Assembly: GCA_963746645.1 (NCBI GenBank)
Contig: CAVVBQ010000005.1
Location: forward strand, 1,864,279-1,928,278
Source of the DNA: an uncultured Solirubrobacterales bacterium
GTDB lineage: Bacteria; Actinomycetota; Thermoleophilia; Solirubrobacterales; Solirubrobacteraceae
Direction of reading: 5' to 3'
Length of the DNA stretch: 64,000 bases
Positions 26,980 to 36,861 of this stretch are shown here, in pieces. Every line of letters begins with the position of its first letter. Positions within the stretch are counted from its first letter, which is position 1. Made by a program: the position numbers and the translations under genes. The notes under the pieces were generated by a model. The model was not told the DNA's origin and ran no database searches. It saw nothing but the letters and a program-made list of their open reading frames with translations.

Positions 26980-27672
26980 ATGCTGGAGCTACGCGAACTC
27001 GTCAAGCACTATCCATCCATTGGCGGGGAGACGGTGCGGGCCGTCGACGGGGTGAGCTTGAAGGTGAATGGAGGCGAGATGGTCGCCCTCTACGGGCCGT
27101 CGGGATCGGGCAAGACGACTTTGCTGCTGATGGTCGCAACCTTGCTCGCGCCGACCGCCGGTGAGGTCCTCATCGGGGGGCGCGATATCTCCTCGCTGTC
27201 TGAGCGAGAGGCCTCACACTTCAGGCTCTCCGAACTCGGCTTCATCCGCCAGAACTTCGACCTGCTCCCCGGTGTGACCGCGATCGACAACACCGTGCTC
27301 AAGCTGCTCAAGGCGATGCGCTGGCGCGAGGCTCAGCGCGAGGTCACACCCCTGCTTGAGCAGCTCGGCCTCGGCGAGCGTCTGCACCATCGCTCGGAGA
27401 CGCTCTCCATGGGCGAGCGCCAGCGCGTGATGATCGCACGCGCTCTTTCGACCAAGCCCTCCATGCTGCTCGCCGACGAGCCCACCGGCAGCCTCGATAC
27501 CCAGCGTGGACGCGAAGTGCTTGAGCTGCTGCGAGGCCTGTGCCGCGAGCGAGGCGTTGCCGTCGTACTTGTCTCCCACGACCCGATGGCTGCGGATTAC
27601 GCCGACCGTGTCTATGGCCTGCGCGACGGCAAGCTCTCGGACAATCATGCCCCCGAGCGAATGCTCGCCTAA
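26980..27672 (+). CDS. ABC transporter ATP-binding protein (LolD/MacB-like)
   Basis: Walker A GPSGSGKT, signature LSMGERQ, Walker B LLADEP, H-switch VSHD. Confidence 0.95.
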   Translation: MLELRELVKHYPSIGGETVRAVDGVSLKVNGGEMVALYGPSGSGKTTLLLMVATLLAPTAGEVLIGGRDISSLSEREASHFRLSELGFIRQNFDLLPGVTAIDNTVLKLLKAMRWREAQREVTPLLEQLGLGERLHHRSETLSMGERQRVMIARALSTKPSMLLADEPTGSLDTQRGREVLELLRGLCRERGVAVVLVSHDPMAADYADRVYGLRDGKLSDNHAPERMLA

Positions 27673-27675
27673 GCC

Positions 27676-30198
27676 GTGAAGCTCTCCAACGCCCTGCACC
27701 TCTACCGCCTGCGTTTGCGGGCACGCCTGGTGCAGGAGTGTCTTGCGGTTGTGGGGATCGCCGCGGGCGTCGCCTTGCTGTTCGCCTCCCAGGTCTCGAG
27801 CACGAGCCTGCAGGGCTCTGTCTCCCAGCTCTCGCGCGGGATCGTTGGCAAGGCGAGCCTGCAGCTGCTCGCACGTGGCCCCGTGGGACTTCCTCAGAGC
27901 ACGCTCGTGCGCGTGAGGGCGATTCCCGGCGTGCGCGTCGCGGCTCCCTTGCTCGAAGCTCCGGCTGATGCGATCGGGCCGCATGGGCGCGAGTCGATCG
28001 AGCTGGTGGGAGCCGACACTAGCCTTGCCCAACTCGGTGGCACGCTCGTGCGCCACACCTCCCTGACACCGTTCGGAGAAATCGGTGCAGTCGTGCTGCC
28101 TGCGCCGCTAGCCCGCACTGTCGGTGTGACTAAATTCGGCGAAGAAGTCACGCTTCAGCTCGACGGCCATACGGCCGAAGTGCCGCTCTACGCCCAGCTG
28201 AGCGAAAAACAGATCGGCCAACTGGTAGCGAGCCCGATCGCGATTACTCAGCTCTCATACGCACAGCAGCTGACCGGCCTGTCCAATCGAGTCAGCCGCA
28301 TCCTCGTGTATCCCGCCCCAGGATCTTCCGCGCACGTGCGCAGTGCCCTCGAAGCGCTCGCCGCGGGCCGTCTGAACGTCGAGTCGACCGGCTATGACGA
28401 AAAGCTGTTCGCGAAGGCCGCCGCAGCAAGCAATCAGTCCACTGCCTTGTTCTCGGTGATTAGCGCGCTCGTGGGGTTCCTGTTCGCCTTTAACGCGATG
28501 TTGCTCACGGTGCCGCAACGCCGGCGCCTGATCGCCGATATGCGCCGCGACGGCTATACCCCCGCGACCGTAATCGGGGTCTTGCTCTTCGACGCGATCG
28601 CACTCGGCCTGGTCGCGTGTGCGCTCGGCCTTGCCCTTGGCGACGAGCTCTCGATTCACCTGTTTCACTCCAATCCCGCCTTCCTCTCGCTTGCGTTCGC
28701 GCTCGGTTCCCAACGCGTGGTGACCTGGCAGAGCGTTGCGATCGCCGCGGGCGGCGGGATGCTGGCCGCGATCGTGGCGGTACTCAGCCCCTTGCGCGAC
28801 ATCCTCGCCCGCGATCCGCTCGCGGCCATAGCCCCTCGTGAGCAGGCGGGAGCCGGACCTTCCAACGGCAAGCGGCGCTCCTTTGCTGGGCTGGCTTGCC
28901 TCGGCGGCGCAACAGCACTGCTCTTGGCCGCACCCGACGCGGCGATCCCGGGCATGGTCTTGCTCGTCGCGGCTCTGCTCCTGGAGTTGCCGATCGTGCT
29001 GGGCGCCACGCTCGTACTGGTCAAGCGGCTTGGCTCCCTGATCGTGAGTCCGATTCCACACGTCGCCACGATGGAGCTGAGCGCCGCCCGCTCAAGGGCC
29101 GTCGCGATCGCGGCCACCGGTGCAATTGCCGTCTTCGGCAGCGTGGCGATCGGAGGAGCTCACGGCGACCTGCTCGCGGGCCTTGAAAACGCGGCGCGCG
29201 ACAGCAACGCCTTCACCAACCTGTGGGTGGCCCCGGCCGGCTCCTATAACTTGCTGAAGACCGCGCCGTTCGCCCCCCGTGACCGCACGAAGCTCGAACG
29301 GCTCCCTGGCGTGAGTGCGGTGCGCCTGTATCGCAGCGGACTGCTCGACTATGGCGAGCGTCGCATATTGGTGATCGCCCCGCCCGATGCCTCTACCCCA
29401 CTGCTGCCAGCCGACCAACTGCTCGTGGGCAATCTCGCACAGGCCACCGCGCGCGTGCGTGCAGGCGGCTGGCTGGTCATGTCGCAGGCGCTAGCCGAAG
29501 AACACAGCTTGCACGTCGGCGACTCCTTTACGTTGCCGACACCCCAGCCTAAGACGTTTCATATCGCGGCACTCTCCACGAACATCGGTTGGGCGCCTGG
29601 CGCGATCCTGATGAGTTCTTCCGATTACGCGCGCGCGTGGGCAAGCCAGGACGCGAGCGCCTACAACGTGCTGCTTGCCCCCGGGGCTTCGGCGACCGCA
29701 GTCGCACGCGAGATCGAAGGGGCCTTGGGTCACGGTCCTGGGCTCGCCGTGCAAACCGCGGGGCAGCATGCCAATCAACAGCGCGCACTGAGTCGCGAAG
29801 CGCTGTCCAGCCTCACCCAGATCGCCACCTTGATCCCAATCGTCGCGGTGCTCGCGATGGCGGCCGCAATGGGCGCAATGGTCTGGCAGCGCCGCCCACG
29901 CCTTGCCAAGCTGAAGCTGGAGGGGCTTCCCCGAGCCGAACTGTGGCGCACGATCCTGCTCGAGAGCCTCATGCTCCTACTCGTCGGCTGCCTTACGGGG
30001 GCCGCCTTCGGGCTGTATGGGCAACAGTTGGCCGATCGTGCGCTGGCCCACGTAATCAACTTCCCGGTCGTCTATTCGGTAACCGCGACGGGAGCGATCA
30101 CAAGCGTGGCGCTCGTAAGCGCAGCAGCGCTCGCGATCATCGCGCTCCCCGGTTACTTGGCAAGCTCGGTACCGGCAGCGCTTGCTCTGCAGGACTGA
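27676..30198 (+). CDS. ABC permease, fused double MacB/FtsX type
   Basis: N-terminal TM, large extracytoplasmic loop, TM bundle, second loop, TM bundle; 840 aa. Confidence 0.9.
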   Translation: MKLSNALHLYRLRLRARLVQECLAVVGIAAGVALLFASQVSSTSLQGSVSQLSRGIVGKASLQLLARGPVGLPQSTLVRVRAIPGVRVAAPLLEAPADAIGPHGRESIELVGADTSLAQLGGTLVRHTSLTPFGEIGAVVLPAPLARTVGVTKFGEEVTLQLDGHTAEVPLYAQLSEKQIGQLVASPIAITQLSYAQQLTGLSNRVSRILVYPAPGSSAHVRSALEALAAGRLNVESTGYDEKLFAKAAAASNQSTALFSVISALVGFLFAFNAMLLTVPQRRRLIADMRRDGYTPATVIGVLLFDAIALGLVACALGLALGDELSIHLFHSNPAFLSLAFALGSQRVVTWQSVAIAAGGGMLAAIVAVLSPLRDILARDPLAAIAPREQAGAGPSNGKRRSFAGLACLGGATALLLAAPDAAIPGMVLLVAALLLELPIVLGATLVLVKRLGSLIVSPIPHVATMELSAARSRAVAIAATGAIAVFGSVAIGGAHGDLLAGLENAARDSNAFTNLWVAPAGSYNLLKTAPFAPRDRTKLERLPGVSAVRLYRSGLLDYGERRILVIAPPDASTPLLPADQLLVGNLAQATARVRAGGWLVMSQALAEEHSLHVGDSFTLPTPQPKTFHIAALSTNIGWAPGAILMSSSDYARAWASQDASAYNVLLAPGASATAVAREIEGALGHGPGLAVQTAGQHANQQRALSREALSSLTQIATLIPIVAVLAMAAAMGAMVWQRRPRLAKLKLEGLPRAELWRTILLESLMLLLVGCLTGAAFGLYGQQLADRALAHVINFPVVYSVTATGAITSVALVSAAALAIIALPGYLASSVPAALALQD

Positions 30199-30203
30199 CC
30201 CAG

Positions 30204-30896
30204 ATGGCAGAAGACGAGCGGCGGCGCCCCTACAAACAGGTGGCGCGCGCGCAGGCCCAAGAGCGAACGCGCGAGACTCTGCTGCAAGCGGCAACTGAAG
30301 AGGTCGAGAAGGACGGCTGGAAGCAGGCATCGCTGGAGTCGGTCGCCGAGCGCGCGGGCGTCACCAAGCAGACAGCACTACGCCATTTCGGCTCCAAGCA
30401 AGGCCTACTCGATGCTGTTCTCAATCGAACAAGCTCGACGATTGTCAGAGAACGCGCCGAAGCGCCGGTCGGAGATATCCCAGGAGCGGTCGCCAACCTG
30501 GTGCGCCACTATGAGCGCTACGGAGACGTTGTCACGCGCCTACTGCCCTACAGGGACGCCGTGGTCCGTGTGCTCGGGCCAGACCGGCGCGACTCGCTCG
30601 CGCGTCGCGCCGTCGATCGCGGCCACGAAGTACACAGAGAGTGGGTCCTGAGCACGTTTGAGCCGCAGCTTGAGCATCTCGATGCGCGAACGCGCGAACG
30701 CCGGCTGGCGCAGCTTGTGGCGGTGTGCGACGTGTACATGTGGAAGATCCTCAGGCGCGACCTTGGCCTCAGCTTGACGCACGCCGAAGCAGCGCTCGTC
30801 GAGCTGATCGATCGTTTGGTCGAGCCAGACACGCCAAAGCGAAAGAAGAGCAAGCCACCAGTGCGAACACCGACACGACGACGCAAGCAGACATGA
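30204..30896 (+). CDS. TetR/AcrR-family regulator
   Basis: RETLLQAATEEV...SLESVAERAGVTKQTALRHFGSKQGLL; ATG 5 bp after permease stop. Confidence 0.9.
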   Translation: MAEDERRRPYKQVARAQAQERTRETLLQAATEEVEKDGWKQASLESVAERAGVTKQTALRHFGSKQGLLDAVLNRTSSTIVRERAEAPVGDIPGAVANLVRHYERYGDVVTRLLPYRDAVVRVLGPDRRDSLARRAVDRGHEVHREWVLSTFEPQLEHLDARTRERRLAQLVAVCDVYMWKILRRDLGLSLTHAEAALVELIDRLVEPDTPKRKKSKPPVRTPTRRRKQT

Positions 30897-32137
30897 CCCG
30901 TCTGCTTGCCTATACCTCACCGGCACGTGGACACCTATACCCAGTCGTGCCGATCATGGCGGAGCTCGCTCGGCGAGGCCATCACGCCTCGCTCTACACG
31001 CTTGCTGGCGAGCTTGACCATTTGGCGCCGCTTGGGATCGAAGGCTCGGCGATCGACTCCTCGATCGAGGCCATCCAGATCGAGGATTGGCGCACTCGAT
31101 CGCCGCTTGGTGCCATCCGTTCGGTGATGAGTACCTTCGTCGAGCGCTCGGCGCACGAGGCTCCCGACCTGCAGCGCGCGATCGCCCAGTGCGATCCAGA
31201 TGTGCTGCTGATCGACATCAACTGCTGGGGGGCCGCGACCGTGGCGGAGGCCTCGGGACTGCCGTGGGCGATGTACTCGCCCTACCTGCTTCCGTTGCCT
31301 TCAAAGGACGCCCCTCCCTATGGGCCTGGACTACGTCCCCTGCGCGGCCCGCTCGGGGCCATGCGCGATGCGATTGTGGGCCGCATCGGCGAGCGCATCT
31401 CCTTCCAAAGGGTGATGCCACAGGTTAATTCGCTTCGTATCCAGCACGGTCTACCGGCGCTCGTGCGGTTCACCGAGTTGCTCGAACGTCCAGCCGTACT
31501 GCTATCGCTTACTGCCGAGGGTTTCGAGTATCCGCACAGCGACTGGCCCGCGAACGTTCAACTCGTGGGCCCGATGAATTGGAGCCCACCTGGGCCCCCA
31601 CAAACCAACAAGCCATCTGGGCTGTCGGACTTGGACGACCCCTTGGTGCTAGTCACCTGCTCAACCGAGCGCCAGCGCGATAAGCGCCTGTTGCACGTGG
31701 CACTGGAAGCGCTGCCGGCCGCCGGCATCTCCGTGCTTGGTACCACCGCGGCGCATGACCCCGAGACATTCCACGCCCCAGCCGGCAGCAGGGTCGTGCG
31801 CTTCGCATCACACGAGGCGATCCTAGGACGAGCAACGTGCGTAGTGTGCCACGGCGGCTTGGGGATCACCCAAAAGGCATTGAGCGCGGGGGTCCCCGTC
31901 GTGGTGGTCCCCTTCGGACGAGATCAAGCCGAGACCGCGAGACGCGTCGAGTTCGCGCAAGCAGGCGTTCGCCTCTCTCCCCGCCGTCTCACACCGGCTC
32001 GGCTCTTGCGGGCGGTGCGCACGGCAATCGATCTACGACCCGGCGCACAGCGTGTGTGTCAGACGTTTGCCGCGGCGGGAGGCCCACCAGCGGCCGCGGA
32101 TGCGATCGAAGCGCTCGCCTCGACTCGTCAAGAGTAA
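30893..32137 (+). CDS. family-1 (MGT/UGT-like) glycosyltransferase
   Basis: PARGHLYP N-terminal motif; FASHEAIL...VVCHGGLGITQKALSAGVPVVVVPFGRDQ donor-binding motif; ATGA overlap. Confidence 0.9.
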   Translation: MTRLLAYTSPARGHLYPVVPIMAELARRGHHASLYTLAGELDHLAPLGIEGSAIDSSIEAIQIEDWRTRSPLGAIRSVMSTFVERSAHEAPDLQRAIAQCDPDVLLIDINCWGAATVAEASGLPWAMYSPYLLPLPSKDAPPYGPGLRPLRGPLGAMRDAIVGRIGERISFQRVMPQVNSLRIQHGLPALVRFTELLERPAVLLSLTAEGFEYPHSDWPANVQLVGPMNWSPPGPPQTNKPSGLSDLDDPLVLVTCSTERQRDKRLLHVALEALPAAGISVLGTTAAHDPETFHAPAGSRVVRFASHEAILGRATCVVCHGGLGITQKALSAGVPVVVVPFGRDQAETARRVEFAQAGVRLSPRRLTPARLLRAVRTAIDLRPGAQRVCQTFAAAGGPPAAADAIEALASTRQE

Positions 32138-32212
32138 GACGCCCGCCCGCCCAGTGGCGTATCTTCGCTTCGGGGTGAGCGCCGCTGATCCATCAGTGAC
32201 ACTAGGTGCGAA

Positions 32213-33430
32213 ATGCTGACGGTGCTTGGCGTCGTTCACGTCTCCCCGGGCACGTTCTTTGCGATCATCGCCGCCTCCGCACTCGCGGCCACGGTCGCTG
32301 CCACCGCGGGGGCCCGCGGCTTGATAGTGCCCGTAGTGGTTGTCGAGCTGTTGCTCGGAGTAGTACTCGGGCCGCATGTGCTGGGCCTGAAAGTCACACC
32401 TTTCATCCTGTTCTTCTCAGACCTCGGGCTCGGCTTGCTGTTCTTCTTTGCCGGCTATGAGATCGACATCCACCGAATCACGGGCCAGCCGCTGCGCTTG
32501 GCGCTGATCGGCTGGGCGTTGTCGCTCGCGCTCGCATATTCGATCGGCGGGTTGCTTGCGGCCGCAGGCATCGTGCTCTCACTGCTCTATACCGGCTCGG
32601 CGCTCGCAACCACGGCAATCGGCACGCTGATTCCCGTCCTCTCCGACGCCGGTGAGCTGCGCACCCGCTTCGGCACCTATCTGCTCGCGGCCGGGGCAGT
32701 CGGCGAGTTCGGCCCGATCCTACTGCTCACTTTGATCCTCTCCACTCAGAGCACGGCCCACAATGCTTTGATCCTGGTCGCTTTCGTGGGACTCGCGGTG
32801 GGCGTAGCGTTGTTCGCCGTGCGCTCCTCCGAGCGCACCTTGCCACTCTTCGAGCAGACTTTGGAGAGCAGCTCACAACTGGTCATACGTTGGATCCTGG
32901 TACTCGTCTTCGCGCTTGCCTTGCTTGCCTTCGAACTCGGGCTCGACCTCCTGCTCGGCGGCTTTGCCGCGGGGGTGATAACACGCCAGGTACTCAAGAC
33001 GCGCGAGCTGCCGGGCTTCGACTCGAAGCTCACGGCTGTCGCCTTTGGCGTGTTCGTGCCGTTCTTCTTCATCGTCAGCGGCATGAACCTCGACGTGAAC
33101 GCCTTGTTCACGAACGTCTCCGGCGTGTTGAAGATGGGGCTCTTTTTCGTGCTCTTCCTGGTGGTGCGGGGAACCCCCGCGCTGTTGCTCTACCGCGGGG
33201 TGCTTGGTGCGCGCGACCGATTCGCGCTCGCTTTCATGAGCTCAACGCAACTACCGCTCGTGCTGGCAATCACGGCCTTGGCGACCGCCAGTGGCCACAT
33301 GCGAGCCTCCACTGCGGCCGCCCTGGTCGGAGCGGCTGTCCTCTCAACGCTCGTGTTCCCGATCGTCGGTCTGCGTTTGAGGGGGGACATCGACGCCGAG
33401 CTCGAGCTTCACCCGGCGAACGTCTCATAG
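32213..33430 (+). CDS. cation:proton antiporter (CPA2/Kef-like)
   Basis: Many TMs; LGLLFFFAGYEID, TAIGTLIPVL, FGVFVPFFF motifs. Confidence 0.85.
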   Translation: MLTVLGVVHVSPGTFFAIIAASALAATVAATAGARGLIVPVVVVELLLGVVLGPHVLGLKVTPFILFFSDLGLGLLFFFAGYEIDIHRITGQPLRLALIGWALSLALAYSIGGLLAAAGIVLSLLYTGSALATTAIGTLIPVLSDAGELRTRFGTYLLAAGAVGEFGPILLLTLILSTQSTAHNALILVAFVGLAVGVALFAVRSSERTLPLFEQTLESSSQLVIRWILVLVFALALLAFELGLDLLLGGFAAGVITRQVLKTRELPGFDSKLTAVAFGVFVPFFFIVSGMNLDVNALFTNVSGVLKMGLFFVLFLVVRGTPALLLYRGVLGARDRFALAFMSSTQLPLVLAITALATASGHMRASTAAALVGAAVLSTLVFPIVGLRLRGDIDAELELHPANVS

Positions 33431-33474
33431 CGCAACCGCCCATGACCGTATCGGCTGGGCAAATTCGCGAACTC

Positions 33475-34395
33475 TCAGATATCTGGCAGGTATTCAATCT
33501 CTGGGGAGCGCAGAGCGATGCCCAAACCTCGTAGCGACACTCGACCGGACTGGGGGTAAAAGCACATGTCGCTCGGCTCGCGCGTTCCGTAGGCGAGATA
33601 GGTCATCCCCAGCTCTCCCGGGCGGATCGCGTGCGCGACACCGGTTCCCGCTGGACGAGAGACCACATCTCCGCTGCGCAAAGGATGCTCTTCAGGGCTC
33701 TCCACGCCTCGTTGCCACAACTCCAGCACGCCTTCGCCTCCCAAGAGTACGAACAGCTCCTCCTCCATCGAGTGACAATGCGCGGCAGCGCCCTGCTGCC
33801 CAGCGGAGAGCACCACATGGTTGAGGCCGCTGGTCGCCGCGCCGGCCACCTTGGCCATGCGCCGAGCTCGTCCGTCGAAGACCGGGGACACGTCAGCCAA
33901 AGCCACCACGTTGCGCGGACGCTCAGCGCTCGGCTCGGGGCAATCGGGGGGACCGGCGGCGGCCTCACGCGCGAATGGGTGATCGATACCGCCCAACTCG
34001 ACCCAGCGCGGGAACGACCAGGCCACGCCGGCGCGAGGCAGTGCCGTGAGCGAAGCGTCCCGCCGCTGGCCAAATACGAGCACGTCCAGACCGCCGGCAC
34101 CTCCGCGCAGCGTGTGCGGTCCACGTTTGGGGCGGTGCACAATGCAATCACCGGGCCCAACCGCATAAGTGTGGCCGTCCTGCCACAGCAGACCTTGGCC
34201 GCCCAGCACGAAGAAAATCTCCTCGTCGGCTCCGTGTTCGTGTGCCGGCGTCGAGAAGTGACCTTCGGCCACCTCTATACGGCGCAAGCCAACGGTGCGT
34301 GAGCCTGCTTCGCGACCGAGATCGTGCCACTTCCCCTTGATATGCCCAACCGTGAGCTCGCGCGAGCTACCGTCGTTCAGATTCGCGAACTTCAC
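33475..34395 (-). CDS. bicupin protein
   Basis: Two cupin motifs AHEHGADEEIFFVL and AHCHSMEEELFVLL; start set at GTG of VKFANL (uncertain). Confidence 0.8.
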   Translation of the reverse strand: MKFANLNDGSSRELTVGHIKGKWHDLGREAGSRTVGLRRIEVAEGHFSTPAHEHGADEEIFFVLGGQGLLWQDGHTYAVGPGDCIVHRPKRGPHTLRGGAGGLDVLVFGQRRDASLTALPRAGVAWSFPRWVELGGIDHPFAREAAAGPPDCPEPSAERPRNVVALADVSPVFDGRARRMAKVAGAATSGLNHVVLSAGQQGAAAHCHSMEEELFVLLGGEGVLELWQRGVESPEEHPLRSGDVVSRPAGTGVAHAIRPGELGMTYLAYGTREPSDMCFYPQSGRVSLRGLGIALRSPEIEYLPDI

Positions 34396-34514
34396 CGGCC
34401 TGAAGGTACCAGTCCACTCCAGTCTGGGAGAAAGCACGCCTTGCTTGACAGCAGGGCCCTCGCCAGACACGATAGGCGCATCGCCAACCGCAACGTAGCG
34501 CTGGAGGACAGACA

Positions 34515-36794
34515 GTGACCGGCATGTTGTACGGATTGGCGAAGTCTTGTGTGCGTCATCGGTTCGTGGTTTTTGGCTTGTGGCTGGTCGTAACGGTCGT
34601 GCTGGTGAGCGTGTCCCACAGCTTGGGAGATAACACCAACGACAATCTTTCGCTGCCTGGAACCGACAGCCAGCGCGCAACCGACACGCTCAAGCATTCC
34701 TTTCCCGATCAGGCAAATGGCACGAGCCCAATAGTCCTGCATGCCTCCAGCGGCAAGCTCACCGATGCCAAGTACGCAAGCGCCGTCGATCAGGCCGCCG
34801 CAGACCTCGCCAAAGCGGCAAATGTGGCATCAGTGGTTAATCCGCTTACGCCTCAAGGCGCATCCGCGCTGAGCAAGGACAAGGCAACCGGCTACCTGTC
34901 TGTGACGCTGGCAGTGCCTCCGGGAGAACTCTCGGTCGACGAAGCACAGGCGATTATCGACGCCGCCAACCCTGCCAAGCAGGCGGGACTAGAGGTGGAG
35001 ACCGGCGGACAGCTGGGCCAGAAGGTCTCCAAACCCGCTACCGAGTCCAGCGAGCTGATCGGGATCGTGGCGGCGATGGTAATCCTGACATTCACCTTCG
35101 GAACGATCATTTCAATGTTGTTGCCGATCCTCAATGCGATCTTTGCGCTGCTCTCAACCTTGGCGATCATCCGCATCCTCGGCCATGTCATCGCCGTGCC
35201 CACAGTCGCGCCCACGTTGGCCACGATGATCGGGCTGGGGGTTGGGATCGACTACGCGCTGTTCATCGTGACGCGCCACTTCCGTGGGTTGAGCGAAGAG
35301 CTCAAGCTGAACGAGTCGATCGCACGTGCGGCCGCCACTTCGGGAGGCGCCGTTTTCTTTGCCGGAGGGACGGTCACTATCGCGCTTGTCTCACTCGCGG
35401 TGGCCAATATTCCGCTTGTAACAACGATGGGCCTTATGGCAGGTGTCGCGGTCGTAGTCGCCGTGCTTGCCGCGCTCACGCTGCTGCCGGCGACGCTCGC
35501 GATCACGGGACACCACATAAATTCGTTGCGTGTGCGCGAGCTCAGCCCAAGTACCCCTTCGCGGGAAAACGTCGCGGCTAGATGGGCACACGCGGTCGCA
35601 AGGCATCCGCTCGTGGGGGGTCTCGCGGCGCTCGCGATACTCCTGCCGCTGACGATTCCACTGCTCTCGCTCACGCTCGGCCAACAGGACACGGCCGCTC
35701 TATCCACATCCACCACCGCACGCCGTGCCTATGACCTGATTTCTGCGAACTTCGGCCCAGGTGTCAACGGTCCCTTGCTCGTGGCCGTTTCGCTGGGCTC
35801 GCCCGCCAAGGCGCCTTCATCGGCCTCTCACAGCTCAAGCGCAGCGAGCGGCTCCTCAGCGGGCTCCGGCTCGGGGGCGCAAAGCGACCCTCGAACCAAT
35901 GACCCCCGCCTGCAGAGCTTGCAGAAGGACGTCGCCTCCACGCATGGGGTGGCGACGGTCACTCCGCTCCAAATAGACCAAGCGGGCACAACCGCCTATT
36001 TCAACGCAATCGCCACCACGGGGCCCGCCGAGAAAGCCACCGAAGAATTGGTCGAAGATCTGCGATCGAAGACAATCCCAGCGGCGGAGAAGAACACCGA
36101 CATGCAGGCCGACATCGGCGGCAGCACCGCCGGCTATGTCGACCTTGCCACCCGCATCTCAGAAAAGCTGCCGTTGCAGATCGCCGTCGTAATCGTGCTC
36201 AGCTTCCTACTCCTGATCCTCTCCTTCCGCACGGTCGTGGTGCCCGCGCAGGCCGCGGTCATGAACCTGCTGTCGATCGGCGCCTCCTATGGGGTCCTCA
36301 CAGCGGTCTTCCAATACGGATGGTTGAGTGGCTTGATCGGCCTGAGCGGACCGGTCCCGATCGTCTCCTATGTACCGCTGTTCATGTTCGCGATCCTGTT
36401 TGGACTCTCGATGGACTACGAGGTATTTCTTGTCAGCCAGATTCAGGAGCATGTGCATGCCGGCGAGGACAACCGCAGCTCGGTCGTTTCCGGCCTTTTG
36501 ACGAGCGCCCGCGTGATTACAGCCGCGGCACTCATCATGGTGTTCGTGTTCGGCAGCTTCGTTCTCAACGGCGATCCCACGATCAAGCAGTTCGGTGTCG
36601 GGCTCGCGGTCGCCGTAGCACTCGATGCCACCGTGGTGCGCTGCCTGCTGGTGCCTTCGTTGATGGTGCTAATGGGCAAGATCAACTGGTGGATCCCCCA
36701 TTGGCTGGACAGGGCGCTCCCGCACGTGAGCATCGAGGGCGCCGAGTTCTTTCAGGCACGCGACGAGATCGCCGAGCCAGAACTGGCCGGCTAG
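34515..36794 (+). CDS. MMPL-family (RND) lipid transporter
   Basis: GLGVGIDYALFIVTR and FGLSMDYEVFL motifs; two TM bundles. Confidence 0.95.
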   Translation: MTGMLYGLAKSCVRHRFVVFGLWLVVTVVLVSVSHSLGDNTNDNLSLPGTDSQRATDTLKHSFPDQANGTSPIVLHASSGKLTDAKYASAVDQAAADLAKAANVASVVNPLTPQGASALSKDKATGYLSVTLAVPPGELSVDEAQAIIDAANPAKQAGLEVETGGQLGQKVSKPATESSELIGIVAAMVILTFTFGTIISMLLPILNAIFALLSTLAIIRILGHVIAVPTVAPTLATMIGLGVGIDYALFIVTRHFRGLSEELKLNESIARAAATSGGAVFFAGGTVTIALVSLAVANIPLVTTMGLMAGVAVVVAVLAALTLLPATLAITGHHINSLRVRELSPSTPSRENVAARWAHAVARHPLVGGLAALAILLPLTIPLLSLTLGQQDTAALSTSTTARRAYDLISANFGPGVNGPLLVAVSLGSPAKAPSSASHSSSAASGSSAGSGSGAQSDPRTNDPRLQSLQKDVASTHGVATVTPLQIDQAGTTAYFNAIATTGPAEKATEELVEDLRSKTIPAAEKNTDMQADIGGSTAGYVDLATRISEKLPLQIAVVIVLSFLLLILSFRTVVVPAQAAVMNLLSIGASYGVLTAVFQYGWLSGLIGLSGPVPIVSYVPLFMFAILFGLSMDYEVFLVSQIQEHVHAGEDNRSSVVSGLLTSARVITAAALIMVFVFGSFVLNGDPTIKQFGVGLAVAVALDATVVRCLLVPSLMVLMGKINWWIPHWLDRALPHVSIEGAEFFQARDEIAEPELAG

Positions 36795-36861
36795 CCAAAT
36801 CCGCCCCGCCGCGCTAGGCTCAAGGCCCCCCACGCGAGACGAACAGGAAACGGAGCCCACC

